Assembly: GCA_963700285.1 (NCBI GenBank)
Contig: CAVOXA010000015.1
Location: 64,001-128,000, forward strand
Direction of reading: 5' to 3'
Length of the DNA: 64,000 nt
Source of the DNA: an uncultured Chloroflexia bacterium
GTDB taxonomy: Bacteria; Chloroflexota; Anaerolineae; JAAYZQ01
Below are positions 52,987 to 62,641 of the stretch, in pieces; positions within the stretch are counted from its first letter, which is position 1, and each line of letters begins with the position of its first letter. The notes below the pieces were generated by a model. It ran no database searches and was not told the DNA's origin. It saw only the letters and a list, made by a program, of their open reading frames with translations. A program made the position numbers and the translations under genes.

Positions 52987-53649
52987 ATGGCCAAGAAATC
53001 GATGAAAAAACGTCTGAAAGCGCGCCAACGCAAGCTTGAACAGCGCAGGCGCAAGCGAGCCCAGGCCCATTCGCGGGAGGCAAGCCCCACTGCTCGGCCG
53101 ACCAGACTCCGCGCCCAACTCCAGGAGGCCGGCCAATGGCCCCTTGAAGACTGTTTGCTGACCCAGGGCTGGCAACAGCCGGGGGAGATCATCCAGATCC
53201 TGATTGCCCGCCGCTCGCCTTGGGGCCAGATTGCTGCAGGAGTGTTTCTGGTGGATCTGGGTTGTTTGGGGGTTAAAAACGCCTTCGCAAGCATGTTCGA
53301 CTCACGCAGCGGATACAGAAAACTGCGCAACCACATACGTCGAGATCAAACCCTGGTCACAGCTGACCCGGATCTGGTGGCCAAGATCGTCCGCGAAGGG
53401 CTGGTCTATGCACGAAGGCTTGGCTTTGAACCAAATCCTGATTACCGGGAGGCAATGTTGGTGCTGGGCGACGCCAATGCCGACGCCTGCGATCTGCCCA
53501 TTCCGCTGGGCAAAGACGGCAAGCCTTTCTTCATCTCTGGGCCTTATGACAACATCCCACTGATCATGTCCAAACTCGAGAAGGCGGTGGGATCTGGAGG
53601 CTTCTACTACATGCTGGGGTTTGAAGAGCAGGATGGAGTATTCGGCTAA
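52987..53649 (+). CDS. Conserved hypothetical protein with basic N-terminus
   Basis: FLVDLGCLGVKNAF, YARRLGFEPNPDY, GKDGKPFFISGPYD. Confidence 0.7.
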   Translation: MAKKSMKKRLKARQRKLEQRRRKRAQAHSREASPTARPTRLRAQLQEAGQWPLEDCLLTQGWQQPGEIIQILIARRSPWGQIAAGVFLVDLGCLGVKNAFASMFDSRSGYRKLRNHIRRDQTLVTADPDLVAKIVREGLVYARRLGFEPNPDYREAMLVLGDANADACDLPIPLGKDGKPFFISGPYDNIPLIMSKLEKAVGSGGFYYMLGFEEQDGVFG

Positions 53650-53784
53650 ACAGTAGTCCCTCAAAGATCCCGAACACTAGGTCCGCTCAGGAGCAAAGCT
53701 AGGCGATTAGGGTCAGCAAGGCACATCCCCCTCCAAACCTCGAGTTTGAAGAAGGCTTGATCTGCGTTCCAGCCAGGTAGCCTA

Positions 53785-54987
53785 TCAGGGCAACTGCAGT
53801 ACTTCCTCCAGTTGCTCCAGTGCCCAGTCGATCTCCTCCTTGGTAATGACCAGCGGAGGAGCCAAGCGGATTACGTTCCAGTGGGTCTCTTTGCACAGCA
53901 GGCCCCGCTCCATCAGGGCAATGCAGAAGCGCCGCGCCCCGCCAGCCTCTGGATTGAGCACAATGCCGACCCACAGCCCTTTGCCCCGGATCTGCTTGAT
54001 GTGCGGACTCTCGATCTCGCACAGCCTGCCCAACATGTACGATCCCAGTTCGGCCGAGCGCCCGATGAGGTCTTCCTCCACCAGAACCTTGAGCGCCTCT
54101 CGGGCCACGGCGCAGGCCAGAGGATTACCGCCATAGGTTGAACCGTGGTCGCCCGGTTGGAAGACGCACATTACTTCTCTGCTGGCCAGTACAGCCGAAA
54201 CGGGGTACATGCCCCCCGACAGCGCCTTGCCAATGGTGACCATGTCGGCGCGAACGCCTTCGTGATCGGCAGCGAACAGCTTGCCGGTACGGCCCAAACC
54301 GCTCTGGATTTCGTCGGTGACAAGCAGGACCTCGTGCCGGTCGCAGATCTCCCGAACTTGCCGAAGATAGCCCTCCGGCGGAACGACGACACCACCCTCG
54401 CCCTGGATCGGCTCTACCAAGAAAGCCGCGGTGTTGGGGGTGATCGCGGCCTCCAGTGCAGCCGCGTCACCAAAGGGGATCAGTTCAAAGCCCGGGGTGA
54501 AGGGCCCAAAGCCGTCGCGGTACTGTTCTTCCGGCGAAAAGCTGATGATCGTGATGGTCCGCCCGTGAAAGTTGCCGTGACAGGTGAGGATGTGCGCTCG
54601 ATCGTCCTTGACACCCTTGACCTCGTAGCCCCACTTGCGGGCCGCCTTGATGGCCGTCTCGACCGCCTCCGCTCCCGAGTTCATGGGCAGCATCATCTCG
54701 TAGCCGGTCAGCTCGCAGAGTTCCCTGGCCAGGAGCGGCAACTGGTCGTTGCGAAAGGCACGGCTGGTGAGCGTCAGGCGAGCGGCTTGCTCCACCATCG
54801 CCTTGACCAGGCGCGGGTGGCAGTGGCCCTGATTTACAGCCGAGTAGGCGGCCAAGAAATCCAGGTAGCGCTTGCCTTCGACATCTTCGACCCACACCCC
54901 GCTGCCACGGGTCAGCACCACATCCAGGGGCTGGTAGTTTTGCGCGTTGTACTGTTCCTCGATGGCGATGTACTCTCGTGTATCCAT
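53785..54987 (-). CDS. rocD: Ornithine--oxo-acid aminotransferase
   Basis: [54 protein letters not shown]. Confidence 0.92.
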   Translation of the reverse strand: MDTREYIAIEEQYNAQNYQPLDVVLTRGSGVWVEDVEGKRYLDFLAAYSAVNQGHCHPRLVKAMVEQAARLTLTSRAFRNDQLPLLARELCELTGYEMMLPMNSGAEAVETAIKAARKWGYEVKGVKDDRAHILTCHGNFHGRTITIISFSPEEQYRDGFGPFTPGFELIPFGDAAALEAAITPNTAAFLVEPIQGEGGVVVPPEGYLRQVREICDRHEVLLVTDEIQSGLGRTGKLFAADHEGVRADMVTIGKALSGGMYPVSAVLASREVMCVFQPGDHGSTYGGNPLACAVAREALKVLVEEDLIGRSAELGSYMLGRLCEIESPHIKQIRGKGLWVGIVLNPEAGGARRFCIALMERGLLCKETHWNVIRLAPPLVITKEEIDWALEQLEEVLQLP

Positions 54988-55092
54988 GGCCCGCCCCAAA
55001 CAGCGTTGCGTGAAAGGCAATGCGTGAGGGCAAATTCCACACCTCACGCATTGCCCTCCACATTCAGGATTCGTATCTCAACCGTTGCCGCT

Positions 55093-56425
55093 CTACGACT
55101 CGATGACCTCTACCTTCTCGGTCAGGCCGATGCCCAGCCTGGCCAGTTCAGCCAGCACCGGTTCATAGATCTCGGGGATCACGGGTACGTGTACACCGGT
55201 CAAGTCCCGGGAACTCGCCGTGCAGGATCATTCGGACGGCGATGGCCGCCGGCAGGCCCACGGTGCGCGCCATCGAAGTGTCGCCGTTGGGGATGCCATA
55301 GTCGATCATGGTGGCCGTGATGGCCTCTTTGCGATCCGGATACTCGGCCACGAACTCGTGCTGCATGACGATCAGTCACGCTCGCCCGGCTTGTAGGCCA
55401 GTCTTGGCCTCCATCCGCGCCGCCAGGACGTCGAGACGGGTATTCTTGCCCTCCGGCAGCGGCTCATCGGAGAAGAGGCCCAGCCAGTCCAGGTCGGTGA
55501 TCGGTTTGGAATCGTCGCACATGCCCCACTGCTCGGCCAGGTACTGGGGGAAATCGGTGTCAGGGCTGACATCCAGCAGGCGGGCCGTGAGTTCGCGGAA
55601 GGTCGCCGGTGGCTCAGCAAAAGGGCTATCGTCCAGGAAACCCATCTCGGCAATCTTTTTCAGTGTGGCGCACCAGCCCACGTTGCGCAGCGTGCCCCGG
55701 AACATCCAGTCGGTGGGCTGGATGCCGTAGATCTCCGGCATAGGGCATGCTGTCGCGGTTGGGATAACCCTCAAACTCGCCCAGGCCTTCAATGTACACT
55801 GGCCAGTAGTGGTCGAACAGTTCCTCGCCGGGTATCTCGACGACTTGGCCATTCCTTTGGAAGCGGGCCGGATTCTTGCCCGCCAGCAGCACACCCTCGC
55901 GGGCTCCAGGAGAACTTGTAGCCAAAGGGATTGTCGCTGGCTTCTGGGGCCGGGCAGACCTCCAGTCCAGGACACAAAGCTGACGATCTTGCCGCCCTTG
56001 CCCTCCACTTCGTGGATGACCTTCATGGCCGACATGTGGTCGATGCCGGGATCCACGCCGATCTCGTTCAGCAGGATGACGCCCGCCTCCTTGGCCGGGC
56101 CATCCAGGGCAAGCATCTCATCCTTGACGTAGGAGGTGGTCACCATGTGTTTCCCGTGCTTCACACACAGGGCGGCGACCTTGGGATGGTAGACGTAGGG
56201 CAGCATGCTGACCGCCAGGTCGCTTTGGCGGATCAGGTCTTCCATCGCTGCCTCGTCTGTCACGTCGAGGGCAATGGCCCTACCCCGGGGATGGCCATCG
56301 ATCAGCGCTTCCGCCTTGCTCACCGTGCGGCTGGCCACGGTCACTTCAAAGTCCGGCACGTCCAACAGGTAGCGGACGTGTGGCCTGGTCACCAGGCCGG
56401 CTCCGAGTACGAGAACTTTTTTCAT
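55093..56425 (-). CDS. Saccharopine dehydrogenase (Lys9/SDH type); frameshifted
   Basis: VLGAGLV, EIGVDPGIDHM, PEASDNPFGYKFSWSPRG, YPNRDS, RGTLR, MARTVGLP. Confidence 0.85.
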
Positions 56426-56518
56426 TGGTCTAGTCCCTCCACAGTCTCAGATCTGCTCTTTGTCCATTGGCAACACGCAACATGAATCACAAGTACGCAG
56501 TCACTATTGCGCTGTCAG

Positions 56519-57835
56519 CTAGTCCAGAAACTCCTGGATGTACTGGTAGTCCGGCGTCAATTGGCCTCGGTAGGCAATGACCGCCCGCTTGATCTCCGGC
56601 GGCAGGTCGCAGTCCTCAAAGGATGCAGAAAAGTCACATCTGGGCCATGGCCGGGATAAAGGGCGCAAGAACGTGGCTAAAGTCGGCGGATGCTTCGCGG
56701 GGCAGTTCGCTGGGCAGGATCTCCACGGCCATGATGACGACGCCCGGTCCCTCGTGACCGTCAGTCACCGCGCCGGTCAGCGGGTTCGTAGACGTAGATC
56801 GGGTCGCCCGGCTCGGTCGCTTTGACCGTACATTCGATGGCCCCCTCCACGTCACAACTGATGTCGCCGATGACGCGCAGACCGGGGCTTGGCCTCGGCC
56901 GCCAAACAGCGTCTTGAGATAGGCTTTGGTCACCAGGCGCGGATAGGCATCGGTCCAAAAGATGGCGTTGACCAGCACGGTCAGGTGTGGCACGTACTGC
57001 TCAAAGACTCCTCTGTACTTCTCCGGGTGATCATAGTAGTCCTGCAGCTCAAAGACGCCATCCGGCGACGCTGGCTCTACCATGTGCCATTCTTTGAACA
57101 CCGCCTTGTAGAGGTGATGCCGGGAATAGTCGGTACTCGCTGCGACGGTGGCCACTTCCTCTGGCTCGATCTCGATGACGGGCAGCAGATCGAGCATTTC
57201 TTGGGCGCCTCGCGAGACGTTGCCATAGCCAGCCACGCCGACGATGAGTGGCGTGACCTGTTCGGGCAGGCCCTCGGTCTCGATCCTGGCTCGCACCTGC
57301 GCCAGGGCCTGCTTTGGCCTCGGCCAGGTCGTGGTAGGTGTGGGTCTGGCGCAGTTCGACGAAGGGGTTGGCGATGCCTTCCCAGGCCAGTCGCTGGCCC
57401 AATGCCCACAGGGTGTCGATCATGCCCGCCACGCCGGCGTGCCAGCCAAAGAAGATGAGCCGGCGGTTCTTCTCGTCAACCACCCGCTCATAGTCGATCA
57501 ACGTACAGCCCAGGTCGAGCATCCGCCGCAGCATGGGCATGTTGTAGGGCTGTCCCTTGATGACGTGGGCGAAAAAGACATAGGTCTTGTCTGGCTCAAA
57601 GGACCCCTTCGGGATCTCTTTGATGCCAAGGATGATGGGGCAGGAGACAGATCCTCTTGGACGGGGATGCCCGCTTCGGCGAACTCGGCTCGGTAAAGGC
57701 CCGCATGGGTGACGTCTGGGCTATCACCTGAATGCCGTGCTCCCGTTGAAGCTTGACGGCATCCTGGGGGGTAATGGGCACCCGCCGCTCCCATTCACTC
57801 TTGTCTTCGCGACGAAGTCCGATCATTGCGGTCAT
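56519..57835 (-). CDS. Lysine-ketoglutarate reductase (LKR; AlaDh/PNT fold); frameshifted
   Basis: GLRREDKSEWERRVP, HVIKGQPYNMPML, LIDYE, GYGNVSRGAQE, IGDISCD, ILPSELPREAS. Confidence 0.85.
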
Positions 57836-57915
57836 GGTGCTACCCTCCTATACGCGTGTTCATGCTAGTACCGAAGGTCAGGGCAGGGGCTTTGGTGAAC
57901 TCTGGTAGAGACCAG

Positions 57916-57940
57916 AAAAGCCGGTGCCTCAGGCACCGGC
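57916..57940 (-). terminator. Terminator-like hairpin inside the LKR operon leader
   Basis: GCCGGTGCC-TGA-GGCACCGGC-TTTT on the minus strand. Confidence 0.6.
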
Positions 57941-58001
57941 CAAAGTCAGCCGCTCGGGGTTTGCGCCCAGAGTTGCACCCGGCCACCTTGCCGATGCCCC
58001 C

Positions 58002-58030
58002 AGTATACGCACAAGGCGATGCTTTGTCAA
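58002..58030 (-). promoter_or_regulatory. Sigma70 promoter of the LKR-SDH-rocD operon
   Basis: TTGACA-17-TATACT. Confidence 0.7.
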
Positions 58031-58117
58031 GTACAGGCACAGATGGTGTGAGCCTGTAGGAGCGTTGTCATCGATTGGCGTGTCCCTGCTGTTCCGCCTT
58101 CAGCGTGCAGGCTCAAT

Positions 58118-58172
58118 TTGACAGGGTTGAGCCGTAGTGCTATAATCGCTCTCGATGTACCCCTGGGGGGTA
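58118..58172 (+). promoter_or_regulatory. Consensus sigma70 promoter followed by a CsoR/RcnR-type operator
   Basis: TTGACA-17-TATAAT with extended TG; TACCCCTGGGGGGTA at 58158-58172. Confidence 0.75.
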
Positions 58173-58201
58173 TGAGCGTCTTCTGATCAGGAGGAGATCA
58201 C

Positions 58202-58609
58202 GTGGATAGAAGTGAACAGGAAAGGCTCATTTCCGATTTCGTCGACCGCCGTGTGTGGGCCATAGTGGGCGCCAGCCAAGACCAGCGCAAGTATGGAAAC
58301 CGTGTCTATCGCTCGATGCGCGATGCAGGGTACACGGTCTATCCGGTGAATCCCAGGGGCGGCGAACTGGAAGGAGCCAGAGTCTATCCTTCTCTGGCCG
58401 ACTTGCCCCAAGCGCCGGAAGTAATCGATCTGGTCGTACCCCCATCCGTCACCGAAAAGGTGGTCAAGGAAGCGCACGAACTGGGGCTCACCCGCATTTG
58501 GATGCAGCCAGGCGCCGAATCGGAGACGGCTATAGCGTATTGCCGGGAACATGCAATGGAAGTGATCTATGACGCCTGCGCCATGGTTCACAAACGACAG
58601 TGGAACTAG
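58202..58609 (+). CDS. CoA-binding protein (YccU-like)
   Basis: AIVGAS, YPVNP, YPSLADLP, IWMQPG, DAC. Confidence 0.9.
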   Translation: MDRSEQERLISDFVDRRVWAIVGASQDQRKYGNRVYRSMRDAGYTVYPVNPRGGELEGARVYPSLADLPQAPEVIDLVVPPSVTEKVVKEAHELGLTRIWMQPGAESETAIAYCREHAMEVIYDACAMVHKRQWN

Positions 58610-58632
58610 ACACTCGGTACGAGGAGAATACC

Positions 58633-58965
58633 ATGGAAGAAAAGACGGTGGCACAAGTCCAGGTAACAGTATTTGGCAACCGGCTCCTGGAGAGCTGCGC
58701 GCCAGGTGGTTGAGGGCCGATCAGGTCTTCGGCGGAGACCACGTACATCACTGAGTACTATTTGCAGATGCGGCATGGACAGGCCGTTCAGGTGGAATAT
58801 GTGGACCTGGCGGATCCAGAAAGCCAGGCAGAATACTCTGATCTGCTTGACCTGGTCAAGGATCAAAGCCTGCCCTATCCCCTGGTTGCCATCAATGGGG
58901 AGCTAAGGCTGGCTGGATCGGCTCACTATTTTCGGGTGCTACCGCTCGTGGAAGAAGCTCCTTGA
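58633..58965 (+). CDS. Putative selenoprotein with thioredoxin-like (YuzD/DUF1462-like) fold; Sec codon at 58711; true end may be 58993
   Basis: RBS GAGGAG + ATG; MEEKTVAQVQVTVFGNRLLESCAPGG-TGA-GPIRSS continues in frame into VEYVDL...PYPLVAING; SECIS-like hairpin follows. Confidence 0.75.
58724..58740 (+). promoter_or_regulatory. Candidate bacterial SECIS element
   Basis: GGTCTTC-GGC-GGAGACC stem-loop starting 10 nt after the UGA; loop begins with G. Confidence 0.7.
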
Positions 58966-59074
58966 GGTACAGGCCGAGGGGGCCGTGGGGTGATCCCTGG
59001 ATTCCGTGCTTGTCGTTCGCACTGATATGCCGACACTCCTGAGCGACCGTTGTCGCCAAACAGTAGTCTCACTG

Positions 59075-59113
59075 AAGGGGGAGATTGACAAGTCTCCCCC
59101 TTTTTGTTACACT
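59075..59113 (+). terminator. Terminator hairpin overlapping a sigma70 promoter
   Basis: AAGGGGGAGA-TTGACAAG-TCTCCCCCTTTTT; TTGACA(59085)-17-TACACT. Confidence 0.6.
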
Positions 59114-59142
59114 CCTACCGTGCCGGGTGCCTGCGACCTGAC

Positions 59143-59170
59143 GAAACCTTTTGACCTACACCGCATCTAA
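59143..59170 (+). promoter_or_regulatory. Putative ECF-sigma promoter (autoregulatory)
   Basis: GAAAC-16-CATCTAA, matching the site at 60187. Confidence 0.6.
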
Positions 59171-59183
59171 AGGAGAAAGCACC

Positions 59184-59802
59184 GTGTTGGGTGTCGCATT
59201 TGCTAGCGAGGCCGAACTGCTGGAGGGCCTGCGGGCCGGTGAGCCCGCAGCCTACCGGCAGTTGGTGGAATCCAACTCAGCCAACGTCTACAACGTGGCC
59301 CTCAAGCTCCTGGGCGACGAGCAGGAAGCTGAGGATGTGCTGCAAGAGACCTTTTTGAACGCCTTTCGAGGCCATCGACCGTTTTGAGGGCCGGTCTCAG
59401 CTCTCCACCTGGCTGTATCGAATTGCCTACAACGCCAGTCTGATGCGCCTGCGAAAACGGGAGGGAATGACGGCCTTTTCCCTGGACGAGCCTCTGGGGG
59501 ATACTGGCGAGGAGCGAGTCTCGCGCCCTCTGGTAGACTGGTCCACGATGCCGGACGACCAACTGCTATCCACCGAAGCCCGCCAGATGATGGATCAGGC
59601 CATTGCTGAACTGCCGGAGACGCTGCGCTCTACCTTTGTCCTGCGTGACATCCAGGGCCTGTCGGGCGCAGAGACCGCCGAGGTTTTGGGTATCAGCGTC
59701 CAGGCGGTCAAGAACCGGCTGCATCGGGCGCGACTGCGACTTCGCGAGAGGTTGTCAGACTATTTTGCCGAGCGCGTCAAGGGTCTGCGGGCCACAACGT
59801 AG
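59184..59802 (+). CDS. ECF RNA polymerase sigma factor; frameshift near 59370
   Basis: AEDVLQETFL, STWLYRIAYN, FVLRDIQGLS, VKNRLHRAR. Confidence 0.9.
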
Positions 59803-59815
59803 GGAGGAGACATCT

Positions 59816-60061
59816 GTGCCAATTGAACATGACCACACCAGCTGTCGTGAGTTGTTGGGCCAGTTCTCCGACTATATCGACGGCGATCTGGAAGTTGCGC
59901 TGTGCGCCGAGATAGAGGCCCATCTAACCGGATGTCCCGACTGCCAGGTGATGATAGACACCATGCGCAAAACCATTACGTTGTACCATAGCCAAGCCGA
60001 AGCCGAACTGCCGTCCGACGTAGAAGAACGCCTATACAAGGTCCTCAACCTCGAGAAATAG
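59816..60061 (+). CDS. Soluble zinc anti-sigma factor (zf-HC2)
   Basis: SCRE..SDYIDG, HLTGCPDC; RBS GGAGGAG. Confidence 0.88.
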   Translation: MPIEHDHTSCRELLGQFSDYIDGDLEVALCAEIEAHLTGCPDCQVMIDTMRKTITLYHSQAEAELPSDVEERLYKVLNLEK

Positions 60062-60186
60062 CGCCCATCGCCCTACCTGCCTCATCTCACAACAGGCATT
60101 CACTGCGCCACCGAAAGCTCAACAGTAACTGTCCTGGCCATCAGATCAGGGCAACGTTTTGATGGTAGGAATCTGTGTCAATTCCT

Positions 60187-60214
60187 GAAACTTTTGGCTA
60201 CTTTCTGCATCCAA
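60187..60214 (+). promoter_or_regulatory. Putative ECF-sigma promoter
   Basis: GAAAC-16-CATCCAA. Confidence 0.6.
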
Positions 60215-60271
60215 ACAGACAACAAGGGAAAAAAGTCTCCCACTAGTTTTCAAGACACAGGAGGTTAGAAA

Positions 60272-60934
60272 ATGGCATTGATTTCCCCGCAGGATGCTGA
60301 GCACTTGCGAAACGAGTTTGAGGCTCAATTGGTTAACCCGGTAAAGCTGGTCATGTTTACCCAGACCATCGAATGCCAGTTCTGCGCCGAGACGCGCCAG
60401 ATTGCCGAAGAGATTGCCGACTTGTCCGACAATATTACGCTCGAGGTCTACAATTTCGTCACGGACAAGGCCACGGCCGATCTGTACGAGATAGACAAGA
60501 TCCCGGCCATTGCCATTCTCCGTTCAGAGGATGGACAGGACAGAGACTATGGGGTCCGGTTCTATGGCATCCCCTCAGGTTACGAGTTCACTAGCATCAT
60601 TGAGGGTATTGTTGACGTCTCCAAGGGCGAGTCGGGTCTCCAGCCCAGGACCAAAGAGGTTTTGGCCGCGCTGACCCAGCCCGTGCATTTTCAGGTTTTC
60701 ATCACGCCTACCTGCCCCTACTGCACCCAGGCAGTCCGGCTGGCGCACAAGTTTGCCATCGAGAGCGACCTGATCCGGGGGGACATGGTCGAAGCCATCG
60801 AGTTCCCACACCTATCCAACAAGTACGGCGTCTATGGCGTACCACGCACGGTGATCAACGAGACGATCCACCAGGAGGGGGCAGTACCTGAACCGATGAT
60901 CTTGGCCAAGATGCTGGAGGCGGTTCAGAATTAG
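60272..60934 (+). CDS. Protein-disulfide oxidoreductase (PDO / AhpF N-terminal-like, two thioredoxin units)
   Basis: CQFC and CPYC; GIPSGYEF; GVP. Confidence 0.9.
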   Translation: MALISPQDAEHLRNEFEAQLVNPVKLVMFTQTIECQFCAETRQIAEEIADLSDNITLEVYNFVTDKATADLYEIDKIPAIAILRSEDGQDRDYGVRFYGIPSGYEFTSIIEGIVDVSKGESGLQPRTKEVLAALTQPVHFQVFITPTCPYCTQAVRLAHKFAIESDLIRGDMVEAIEFPHLSNKYGVYGVPRTVINETIHQEGAVPEPMILAKMLEAVQN

Positions 60935-60967
60935 CAGTCGCACCGAGGGCCTCGCTGGCAGGTAAGT

Positions 60968-61144
60968 GTGAGCGACACAAAGGTTACCTGGGCAGATGGA
61001 ATGCAGTTCATGGCTGAATCAGCCGGCCATTCTATTGTCGTGGATGGGCCGCCAGGCCTTGGCCGCGATACTGGTATGCCGCCCATGAGCCTTCTTCTTC
61101 AAGGAGCAGCAGGCAGTTCGGCAATGGACCCCGAAGGCACATAG
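60968..61144 (+). pseudogene. Truncated OsmC/YhfA-like remnant
   Basis: VTWADGMQFMAE..GHSIVVDG..GMPPMSLLL.GAAGSSAMD then stop; Ser at the usual Cys position. Confidence 0.55.
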
Positions 61145-61366
61145 ATCCAGGAAGGCCAGGCTCAGACCGTCGCAGCCGGGCAAGACGAGAGAGCAGACCT
61201 CAGCGGTCAGGTGACCCACCTGACCGCTGTCTATTGGACTGTCACGTCTCGCCGCATAGAGATGCACCTACCGAGCAAGCTGCTCCGACGAGCCTAGCCT
61301 TGCAAGTACCTTGGCTGCCAATTGACGCTTTCGGCTTTCTGTTGTATCCTTGATGGCGAGGGGAGC

Positions 61367-62641
61367 ATGAGACGTCGTTTTTCCTCAATCGCCTTTTTGA
61401 TCATACTGGTGCTGACCTCGACGAGAGCTCCTTCGTCGTCCAGTCTGGCGGTGGGTGGAAGACCAATCGTAGGCGTTCATACCATCCGTGCCGATGACGG
61501 CCTGCTGCAAGTAGCTGACAGTGGCGGATTCACCTGGCTGATCCAATTGCTTGAATGGCGAGAGGTCGAGCCGGTACGGGGCGAGTTTTTCTGGGAGTAT
61601 CCTGACTGGTTGGTACGGGCTGCTAAATACTACCACCTGGACTTGGTACTGCGCCTAGATCATCCGCCGGATTGGGCACTCAGCGGTGAAAGCGGACTGC
61701 CCGTTGACGTGGCAGCCTATGCGCACTTTGTGGAGCGCGTGGCTGCCCGCTATCGCGGGCGAGTCTTGGCCTATGTCATTTGGAACGAACCTAATCTGGC
61801 CGCTGAGTGGGGTGGCAAGCCGCCCGATCCGGAAGGCTATGTCCGATTGTTATGTGCTGCCCATGCAGCCATCCAGCAGACCGATCCCAGCGCGGCGGTA
61901 GTCAGTGCTGGCCTGGCCCCCACCAACCACACCGATGCCTCAGCTCAGGACGACCGGATCTATCTGCTAGCAATGTACACCGCTGGGGCTGCTACCTGCT
62001 TCGATGTATTGGGAGCTCATCCCTATGGCTTTGCTTACCCGCCAGACGATCCCTATCGAGACCACGACGGCCTAAACTACGCTCGACTGGCTGGCCAGCG
62101 CGCCATCATGGTCGAGGCAGGCGATGGCAGCAAGGTAGTCTGGGCGACCGAGGTGGGCTGGACAACCTCGCCTGTCGGGCGAAGAGAGCAGTGGCTTCGC
62201 GTCAGCGAAGAAGAGCAATGGAGCTATCTGGTCGGGGCTCTCCAAAAAGCCGGTAGGGATTGGCCCTGGCTGGAGCGCATCGCCATCTGGAATCTCAGCA
62301 CTGGACTCCCGGCCGATGATGAGAAGCGCGGCTACAGCCTCCTGGCCGATACCGGCAGGCCCAAACCTGCCTTTGAGGTACTCGCGGCGATGGCAAGGGA
62401 ACGCGGGAATGGAAGAGCAAAAGACCAGGAGGGCGAGGAAGCAGAAAGTCAGACTGCGGAGATCCTTGCTCCAGACGTGGTCGTGCGGCTGAGCGACGTA
62501 GACACCTTTTACCCCCATTGGGCTCGCCCGTACTGCAAGTCGGTACCCTGTCGCCACTGGAGAAGCGAGTTCTACATCCGAGATCCGGGGATTGTCCCAT
62601 TGAAGCGGCACGCGCCTGGGCGCACGGCGAGCTATCAGTGA
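61367..62641 (+). CDS. Secreted clan GH-A glycoside hydrolase (GH5/GH39-like); C-terminus probably truncated
   Basis: Signal peptide; WNEPN, FDVLGAHPY, WATEVGW, PKPAF. Confidence 0.8.
   Translation: MRRRFSSIAFLIILVLTSTRAPSSSSLAVGGRPIVGVHTIRADDGLLQVADSGGFTWLIQLLEWREVEPVRGEFFWEYPDWLVRAAKYYHLDLVLRLDHPPDWALSGESGLPVDVAAYAHFVERVAARYRGRVLAYVIWNEPNLAAEWGGKPPDPEGYVRLLCAAHAAIQQTDPSAAVVSAGLAPTNHTDASAQDDRIYLLAMYTAGAATCFDVLGAHPYGFAYPPDDPYRDHDGLNYARLAGQRAIMVEAGDGSKVVWATEVGWTTSPVGRREQWLRVSEEEQWSYLVGALQKAGRDWPWLERIAIWNLSTGLPADDEKRGYSLLADTGRPKPAFEVLAAMARERGNGRAKDQEGEEAESQTAEILAPDVVVRLSDVDTFYPHWARPYCKSVPCRHWRSEFYIRDPGIVPLKRHAPGRTASYQ

Noticed and set aside
57850-58000. Lysine (L-box) riboswitch or T-box
   Set aside because: Too short before the hairpin and lacking the conserved motifs; kept only as an unknown attenuator.
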